64,000 nucleotides of DNA. It comes from Kiritimatiellia bacterium. GTDB taxonomy: Bacteria; Verrucomicrobiota; Kiritimatiellia; RFP12; UBA1067. The notes beneath the pieces were generated by a model. That model was given only the letters and a program-made list of their open reading frames with translations. It did not search any database and was not told the DNA's origin. Within the stretch, counting starts at the first letter, position 1; the number at the start of each line of letters is the position of its first letter. Positions 27,701 through 32,511 of the stretch are shown piece after piece. Both the position numbers and the translations under genes were made by a program. The stretch covers positions 12,660 through 76,659 of the forward strand of contig JAFXEU010000005.1 of NCBI GenBank assembly GCA_017520845.1, given 5' to 3'.

Positions 27701-28835
27701 TACGGTAACAGCGTACGGCGGCGGTGGCGATGATGGTGCTTCCAGCGCGACGGCTGCTGTAGGTAACGCTGGTAAGACGGGTGGTTCTAGCGCTGGTTCT
27801 CGCCCTGGGTGTGATACAGAAACGCAACCTAAGGCGAAAGATAGTTGTGTTGTCTCTGGAGATGGATTGATAATCTGTTCGGAAGTGTTCGGTAACGCCG
27901 GTGGTGCAGGCGCTAATGTAGTAGGTCCGTCTGAGCAATATTGGGCGGCTGGTGGTGGCGGCGGCGCTACTGAAGCTGGGTTCGCGGCTACTTCGTGGAT
28001 AGACTGGGATGATTTTAATACTACGCCTGTAGGTAAAGGTATTCACGGCGGTGATGGTGGCGCCGGCTTAATAAGTGATATTACAGGCGAGACATTAGTT
28101 TATGGCTCGGGCGGCGGCGGCGGCTCAGGCGGCGCAAATGAATTGTTAGGCGGTAATGGCGGTATAGGCGCAGGCTCGGGTAAAACCGCCGCGACAACTG
28201 CGACATCTACAGCTTCGATAAATGCATTAGCTAACCAAGGCGGCGGCGGTGGCGGCGGTTATAATGAGGGCGGCTCCGGCGGCTCGGGCATCGTGGTTTT
28301 CCGTTATACCGTCGCGCCTCAATCGCCGTCGGTTGACGGTACGGATTATGCTGCCGACGAGGTGTTCGATCACGCCAAGGTTTTAAAGCCCGTCAAGTAT
28401 CCCGGCAATCCTGAAGTTACGACCAACACGGTTGACGGCGTTGAGGTTATTACCGTTACATTCGGCGGTCTCTCCGACGAAGTTCCTTCGTGCTATAATG
28501 TCACCAAGGTTGCTGACGATAACGGTTATCAGATTGTTCTTGCGATCAAGGACGAGTTCAAAAATCCCGTTATCGCCAACTCTGCGGATAACGCGACTCA
28601 CGCGATCTGGGTCGAGAACGGCAAGGTTAAGATTCATCTTGAGGGAACTCACAATAAGCTTCATTACTCGCTTATGACGTCGACATCGCTTGAGGCGGGC
28701 GTATTTTGGACGACGGCGAACGGCAAATGGTCCGACAACGCCAACTTCGAGTTCGGCGACGGCGACAAAAAGCTTGACGACGTTCGCTTCTTCAAGGTGG
28801 GAGAAGTCTCCGACGAGCCGATCGTAACAGAATAA
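21738..28835 (+). CDS. Giant exported multidomain protein (2365 aa): signal peptide, CX5R phosphatase domain, beta-rich spacers, two glycine-rich modules, SGNH hydrolase domain
   Basis: ATG 21738 lies 7 nt after GGAG (21727-21730). The signal peptide is MRSIVRGVVALVAAFCIINAVKA|AP. The ORF is uninterrupted for 7.1 kb and is followed by a strong terminator. Sub-features give the domain motifs. The ORF-track start (GTG 21714) is an alternative. Confidence 0.85.
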   Translation: MRSIVRGVVALVAAFCIINAVKAAPTIVSPADYSAVATLTPTMKGYIYASDFLNTTSPYFNVASTDESPNERRDGYLNEYFYRNSVPVTLSWSGTTGICTIKVWRTKKDSESKPSFSTTTSGSSIQFYNPEIGRNYTWKVIDSSGNSATGHFYTESTAPRIIRGRRDDQTEGADCSNGRDIGGWRTSDGTKVVKQGLIYRSQQLEWCSAGGGDGIYETLSMLYDTLGIRLDLDLRTITNVKYFEDWKAAWNDNKPFDDYLKKSGVGPNVVRFVIENETLGLGPSSNPRKIDGKSGIKFPDHKYFVESMSTSDKIDGTTTKYTQTADQNKIAVWVAFNRLYQSVVVDKEPAIFHCSHGKDRTGTLALVLHGLLGVSVDDAKRDYATAWFCNQDTTMTFSSINSLITSLKGYDSGNNFQKGCEAYLKECATKASDSSGATKIAAFKTAMLEDIEASDGDEVAPEPEEDTFTYKNYYWRRYAGGGTWSSGTGYWYKDPSDDAKKYAGGDYPDSYDVCAYLMPTKSLPYATPAAGKYKLGKLIIDANGVSGDDHIATSTLQPYFSNEGHSVSDRSIIELRSGVCEFENMDIYLTVWGKTKYDSASSRTSVFNGTASVDVWANATLRVSDFISVSASKTYLKFPSDNCANARFEAFEHGDTDYPYNSIGWFTGGLVGTKQYIKVQGAYPLKFSASGKTSGVAGSLGLEFELGANNKTTTAAMLQVTGSLNINAGSTITVNAGGKGAGTYKLVSAGTLNDYANLDLRSNYTVTNCKSGYYGTIVKSGNNINLTIQEGTPPAEDEGLIDIESDGDWGYRLNIGNEIVLAFTNHTKSVNWQVPSKLENVQFLVVGGGGGGGADSNNGNTHAGAGGGGGGVVTGLVDFAENSVVTITVGAGGNGGVRATQGGTNNKYGAAFSGEASSINVDGAEYVWAAGGGGDNGADVSTNASKTKGNVGNDGGSSAGSRPGQTGRGAVIAPRVASVSDIKYADTSFGRQGGAGYYVTSADGSNTFYGYFSAAGGGGGATQDGGSAVDYTNAGNGGEGLMSSITGQAVVYGSGGGGATLNGTNGGKGGTGAGDGNTADVVNGTASMDALPNQGGGGGGSARAINTNSSGVGVGGNGGSGIVVLRYVDPDYSDSLINPTEYGAADSAASTYTWIGYTGPWMYTTNWAATASGTYGVPNNGTYATADFPATLANAFTCTLNQNVSVNKAEFNSPNMTFVLDNALLTLKGKVDSYAACDFGDGENDNSTIELRGANAGIVSDTKEVRLNFGYRHDEATPTGTVTVRFVVPETGWESDARLKATGTDSKVVFYANSKLEIDATALGVPAEGTTKTVYLASGTGDDGVYVLSGETNIVCAAGAKGSIKIENKKLVLTVEPDPEGTQPPPVGDWSEIPSLSTNIFNAGTSITVFNGMCENRMVTANYTAADIAALKPGTYTFRATASADGAESLVYEIDFWVLPADFSAENTIVCYGDSITYGAGAVKITVDGRENYFEGRMKGQTIEGNYPYYLAGMINSKYNVINQGTPQQWSDTILAWVGGVDTVSRLPVTLPQGGGDVWAPTNIVFTTDNPYGPEGGLHYVRTIDYPPYTSNGDRNKNHPLNYFAGLATTMYPAFEAYPEPSGINGSMTGWFGNKRVRIHGVKDANLYFSGDNPNGVYCTDHRWQRVSTEGNQTIIPAGTPFVPDTAIVYKDAISVIYTGTNDEMGKETYNNNKDPDIDHTTYINMIADTVAKIPSGRYVVVSTLSINQRSDESEAAFAEKFGEHHLNLHKMMERYGVLVANKLGITGVKTWDALDGSGLMNTGDSVHPNEKGYQVIAYFLKQKLIDLEYIEGERDDDIVFGDGNTDDPGEDTPPVESAVVTNAMPEASWGYTVSGLGDNRNEVAVVFTNENANMTWTVPQNLKNVQFLVVGGGGGGGAVNGDTRTAGAGGGGGGVVTGLVASIEKDSTITINVGKGGVAGQKGVAGNGNNWAAASGGDSIITYGDKLTVTAYGGGGDDGASSATAAVGNAGKTGGSSAGSRPGCDTETQPKAKDSCVVSGDGLIICSEVFGNAGGAGANVVGPSEQYWAAGGGGGATEAGFAATSWIDWDDFNTTPVGKGIHGGDGGAGLISDITGETLVYGSGGGGGSGGANELLGGNGGIGAGSGKTAATTATSTASINALANQGGGGGGGYNEGGSGGSGIVVFRYTVAPQSPSVDGTDYAADEVFDHAKVLKPVKYPGNPEVTTNTVDGVEVITVTFGGLSDEVPSCYNVTKVADDNGYQIVLAIKDEFKNPVIANSADNATHAIWVENGKVKIHLEGTHNKLHYSLMTSTSLEAGVFWTTANGKWSDNANFEFGDGDKKLDDVRFFKVGEVSDEPIVTE
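22206..23093 (+). other. Protein-tyrosine-phosphatase-family domain (Y_phosphatase3-like) within the giant protein
   Basis: NGRDIGGW...GLIYRSQQL followed by the P-loop FHCSHGKDRTGTLALVL (HCX5R, with the Cys codon at 22797-22799). Confidence 0.75.
24159..25121 (+). repeat. Glycine-rich module, copy 1 (~320 aa) of an intragenic duplication
   Basis: WGYRLNIGNEIVLAFTNHTKSVNWQVPSKLENVQFLVVGGGGGGGA...AGAGGGGGGVVTGLV...GSSAGSRPG...VVYGSGGGG...ALPNQGGGGGG...GGNGGSGIVVLRYV. Confidence 0.85.
26136..27218 (+). other. SGNH/GDSL hydrolase domain within the giant protein
   Basis: Block I IVCYGDSITYG (Ser codon at 26160-26162), block III VIYTGTNDE, block V GDSVHPNEKGYQVIA (DxxH). The spacing between blocks I and III is unusually long at ~225 aa. 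Confidence 0.75.
27342..28310 (+). repeat. Glycine-rich module, copy 2 of the intragenic duplication
   Basis: WGYTVSGLGDNRNEVAVVFTNENANMTWTVPQNLKNVQFLVVGGGGGGGA...AGAGGGGGGVVTGLV...GSSAGSRPG...LVYGSGGGG...ALANQGGGGGG...GGSGGSGIVVFRYT. The motif order is the same as in copy 1. Confidence 0.85.
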
Positions 28836-28860
28836 GAAAGATATTAAACTGCTAAAAAAG

Positions 28861-28895
28861 ACGAGCTTCCTAAAAAGGGGGGCTCGTTTTTTTTT
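28861..28895 (+). terminator. Rho-independent terminator of the giant gene
   Basis: 10-bp stem ACGAGCTTCC/GGGGGCTCGT (with two G-U pairs), 7-nt loop, followed by T9. Confidence 0.85.
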
Positions 28896-29007
28896 AGTGC
28901 TTCAACGTCCTTTTAGACAGTTGTAGTCTTGTGCCGTTTGCCAGAGTAAACGAAGATGAAATTACGTTTTGCTGAAATTTCGTAGATCGGAACGGACTAT
29001 GGGTGAA

Positions 29008-29036
29008 TTGCGGAGGTTGGGTGCGTTTGGTATACT
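29008..29036 (+). promoter_or_regulatory. Promoter of htpX (TTGCGG-17 nt-TATACT with TGg extension), near-leaderless
   Basis: TGGTATACT at 29028-29036. The ATG at 29046 is 9 nt past the hexamer and no SD is present. Confidence 0.55.
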
Positions 29037-29045
29037 ATTCCAATC

Positions 29046-29924
29046 ATGAAAAGAGTATTATTGTTTTTACTTACAAACATCGCGGTGATGATCACACTCG
29101 GTATCGTCGCGAATATCGCCTGTGCATTTCTCGGAACGACCGTTGCCGAATTGATAGGTCCGGAATGGGCGTATCTGGCCATTTTCGCTTTCGTATACGG
29201 TATGTTCGGCGCTTTTATCTCGCTTCTCATGTCGAAGCCTATGGCCAAGTTCGCCTGCGGAGCGAAGGTCATAGACGGATCGGAAGGAGCGGCCGAGCGC
29301 TGGCTGGTCGATACGGTCGCCGATCTCGCCCGCCGCGCCAACATAAAGACGCCGGAGGTCGCCATTTACGAGGGTGCCGCCAACGCATTCGCGACCGGCG
29401 CTTTTAAGAACAGCGCTCTCGTCGCCGTTTCGACGGATATCATGCGCCAGATGACGAAGGAGGAACTTCGCGCCGTTCTCGGCCATGAAATCAGCCACGT
29501 CGCCAACGGCGATATGGTTACGCTTACGCTTGTGCAGGGCGTTCTCAACGCGTTCGTCATCTTCTTCTCGCGTATGCTCGCGAAAGTTCTTTCGTCGAAC
29601 GGCGAGAACCGCCGCTCTTCAAACGGCACTTATTTTCTTTTAGTGATCGTCTTCGATATAGTTCTCGGCCTTTTGGCGTCTCTTATCGTCTTTGCGTATT
29701 CCCGCCGCCGCGAATACGCCGCCGACGCAGGATCGGCTAAACTTCTGGGTACACCGTCGTCGATGATCGCGGCGCTTAAGCGTCTCGGAAATCTTCAGCC
29801 TGGGACTCTGCCCGATTCGCTTAAAGCCATGGGAATCGCCGAAGGAAAACGCACGTCGATTTTTTCGACCCATCCTTCGCTCGACGATCGTATCGCGGCG
29901 CTCAATAAATTTTATATAAGTTAA
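29046..29924 (+). CDS. htpX: Zinc metalloprotease HtpX (M48 family)
   Basis: Four TM segments, HEISHVANGDM (HExxH) and a downstream EYAAD glutamate motif. Confidence 0.9.
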   Translation: MKRVLLFLLTNIAVMITLGIVANIACAFLGTTVAELIGPEWAYLAIFAFVYGMFGAFISLLMSKPMAKFACGAKVIDGSEGAAERWLVDTVADLARRANIKTPEVAIYEGAANAFATGAFKNSALVAVSTDIMRQMTKEELRAVLGHEISHVANGDMVTLTLVQGVLNAFVIFFSRMLAKVLSSNGENRRSSNGTYFLLVIVFDIVLGLLASLIVFAYSRRREYAADAGSAKLLGTPSSMIAALKRLGNLQPGTLPDSLKAMGIAEGKRTSIFSTHPSLDDRIAALNKFYIS

Positions 29925-29944
29925 AATTTTCTTTCTTTTTTAAA

Positions 29945-32194
29945 ATGAATTCGGAAATACTCGCAAGAATGGAGGGCGAAGTCGGTGCTTCGTCCCGCCA
30001 GATTTCAGCCGTTGAAAAACTTCTCGGTGAAGGCAATACCGTTCCGTTCATCGCGCGTTATCGAAAGGAAATGCACGGAAATCTCGATGAGGTCGCCATC
30101 GGCAAGATTCAGGAGCGTCTGACGTATTATACGGAACTTGAGTCCCGCAAAGAGACGATTCTTAAATCCATTGCCGATCAGGAAAAACTTACTCCAGAGC
30201 TCGAGAAAAAGATTCGTGAATGTTATCAAAAGTCGGCTCTTGAAGACCTCTATCAGCCTTATAAGCCTAAGCGCCGTACACGCGCCCAAGTCGCTAAGGA
30301 GAAGGGCTTTGGACCTCTCGCGGAATCGATATGGAGCGGCGACGAGGCGGCGGCTCTCGCGGCGTCGGATGAGGAGCTTCAGTTCGCGAGAGACATTATC
30401 GCAGAGCGCGTCGCCGATATGGCCAACGTGCGCGGCTATATCCGTCAGCTTTTCGCGACTAAGTCGACCGTTAAGAGCGAGGTCGCCTCGCCGAAACCGA
30501 CGGAGCCTACGAAGTTCGAGCAGTATTACGAATTTTCGGAGTCGATCTCAACGATCCCTTCGCATCGCTATCTGGCCATTCGCCGCGGTCAAAAGGAGGG
30601 TGTACTTTGGGTTAAGCTTGAGCTCGATAAGGAGCTCGCGCTCGAGGGGATAATGGATTTAGTTTTAAAGGAGACGAGTGGGGTTTCGCCGCGCGGCGTT
30701 TGCGAGCGCCAGATTACGCTCGCCGCGGAAGACGCGTATAAGAGACTTCTGGCTCCGTCCTGCGAGGTCGATGTGACAGTCGACAAAAAGATGGAGGCCG
30801 ATCGCGCGGCGGTCGAGGTTTTCGCCGAGAATCTCCGTCATCTTCTTCTTGCCGCGCCTTTGGGCGAGAAGGCGGTTTTAGCGATTGACCCCGGCATCCG
30901 TACGGGCTGCAAGGTCGCGATGATGGATTCTACCGGCAAGTATCTCGGCAAGACCGTGATTTATCCCCAGCAGAATCCCCAGGAAGCCGCTAAAGCGATC
31001 GCGATGATCGTCAACAGGTATCGCCCCGAGGCCGTCGCCGTCGGCAACGGAACGGCCGGTCGCGAAACCGAGACGTTCGTCCGCCAGACTTTAAAGAAGC
31101 TGCACGATCAGCATCCAGAAATTCCTACTCCCATGGTCGTGAGCGTCAGCGAGTCGGGCGCGTCGGTTTATTCTGCGAGCGAGATCGCGCGCAAGGAATT
31201 CCCAGATCTCGATCTTACCGTCAGAGGAGCGATTTCGATCGGTCGCAGACTCCAGGATCCTCTCGCCGAACTCGTCAAGATCGACCCCAAGGCGATCGGC
31301 GTCGGTCAGTATCAGCACGATGTCCATCAGCCGCTTTTAGGTTCGAAGCTCGACGAAGTCGTCGTTAGTTGCGTGAACGGCGTCGGTGTTGAGCTTAATA
31401 CGGCTTCAGCCCCGCTTCTGGAGCGTGTTTCGGGCGTTGGTGCGTCGCTCGCCAAGGCGATCGTAGAGTGGCGTAATGAGAACGGTAAGTTCACGAGCCG
31501 TGAAGATTTAAAGAAGGTTAAGGGGCTCGGCGCAAAAGCGTTCGAGCAGTGCGCGGGATTCCTGAGAATCCGCGGGGCGAAGAATCCGCTCGATTCGTCG
31601 GCGGTCCACCCCGAAAGATATGAACTCGTCAACAGGATGGCGCTCGATATGGGCGTAGGGCTCGGCGAACTCGTCGGCAATCAGTCCTTAGCCTCGAAGA
31701 TCAATATCCGTAATTACATTACTAATGATGTCGGTGAACTTACTTTAAAGGATATCGTTTCGGAACTGGCAAAGCCTGGGCGCGATCCGCGCGCCGTTTT
31801 CGAGCCGCCTAAATTCCGCGACGATGTCACGAAAATCGAGGACGTCCGCGAGGGAATGAAGCTCGAGGGCGTTGTTACGAACGTGACGGCGTTCGGCGCG
31901 TTCGTCGATATCGGCGTTCATCAGGACGGGCTTATCCATCTTTCGGAACTGAGCGACAATTTCGTCACTGATCCCGCGAGCGTCGTAAAGGCCGGCGACA
32001 GGCTTAAGGTTACCGTAATCGGCGTCGATCTCGCGCGTCAGCGCATTTCGCTTTCGGCGAAGACGAATCCGACCGTCGGAGCATCTCCGGCCAAGGGCGG
32101 GACCGCGGTTTCGCGTGAACCTAGAAGGGCGCGTACCTCGTTCGCTCCTAGCTCAGGCTCGGGCTTTAGCTGCAACCCGTTCGCGAACTTGTAA
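29945..32194 (+). CDS. tex: Tex-like transcription accessory protein (YqgF/RuvC-like + HhH + S1 domains)
   Basis: N-terminal VPFIARYRKE, a YqgF-like LAIDPGIRTGCKVA, HhH repeats, and the C-terminal S1 domain GVVTNVTAFGAFVDIGVHQDGLIHLSEL. Confidence 0.9.
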   Translation: MNSEILARMEGEVGASSRQISAVEKLLGEGNTVPFIARYRKEMHGNLDEVAIGKIQERLTYYTELESRKETILKSIADQEKLTPELEKKIRECYQKSALEDLYQPYKPKRRTRAQVAKEKGFGPLAESIWSGDEAAALAASDEELQFARDIIAERVADMANVRGYIRQLFATKSTVKSEVASPKPTEPTKFEQYYEFSESISTIPSHRYLAIRRGQKEGVLWVKLELDKELALEGIMDLVLKETSGVSPRGVCERQITLAAEDAYKRLLAPSCEVDVTVDKKMEADRAAVEVFAENLRHLLLAAPLGEKAVLAIDPGIRTGCKVAMMDSTGKYLGKTVIYPQQNPQEAAKAIAMIVNRYRPEAVAVGNGTAGRETETFVRQTLKKLHDQHPEIPTPMVVSVSESGASVYSASEIARKEFPDLDLTVRGAISIGRRLQDPLAELVKIDPKAIGVGQYQHDVHQPLLGSKLDEVVVSCVNGVGVELNTASAPLLERVSGVGASLAKAIVEWRNENGKFTSREDLKKVKGLGAKAFEQCAGFLRIRGAKNPLDSSAVHPERYELVNRMALDMGVGLGELVGNQSLASKINIRNYITNDVGELTLKDIVSELAKPGRDPRAVFEPPKFRDDVTKIEDVREGMKLEGVVTNVTAFGAFVDIGVHQDGLIHLSELSDNFVTDPASVVKAGDRLKVTVIGVDLARQRISLSAKTNPTVGASPAKGGTAVSREPRRARTSFAPSSGSGFSCNPFANL

Positions 32195-32445
32195 AAGCTC
32201 ATTTTTGGTCATAGGTATTGCATTGGATGGGCTAAAAGTATACCTTAGCCACCAATAATGCCGCCAAGAAGCCCGCCGAGAAGGGCGCCCCCGAGAGTTA
32301 TCCAGGCGTTGTCATCATCGCAGTGATGGTGTTCTACACGGTGAATAGTGCGAACTGGAGCGTGATGCTTATTTTTCTGTTGCTTTTATCTTGCGCTTTA
32401 AATCCCCGGTTCGTAAACTTTGGTCACTTCTTTTTCACAATAATA

Positions 32446-32454
32446 TGGTATAAT
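32446..32454 (+). promoter_or_regulatory. Extended -10 element TGGTATAAT upstream of valS
   Basis: Exact TGGTATAAT 57 nt upstream of the valS ATG. Confidence 0.5.
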
Positions 32455-32511
32455 ATTCAAGATTTTCTCAAAAAGAGATTTTTTCAAAAACGATAAAGAA
32501 GTTCAAAGACA

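Noticed and set aside
24250-28290. Repetitive GGC/GGT runs that could be mistaken for a tandem-repeat or CRISPR-like array, plus the antisense ORFs inside the giant gene (25779-26657, 27153-28046 and others)
   Set aside because: The runs are in-frame poly-Gly codons of irregular length, without conserved repeat-spacer periodicity. The antisense ORFs lack motifs and lie inside a continuous, motif-rich + frame.
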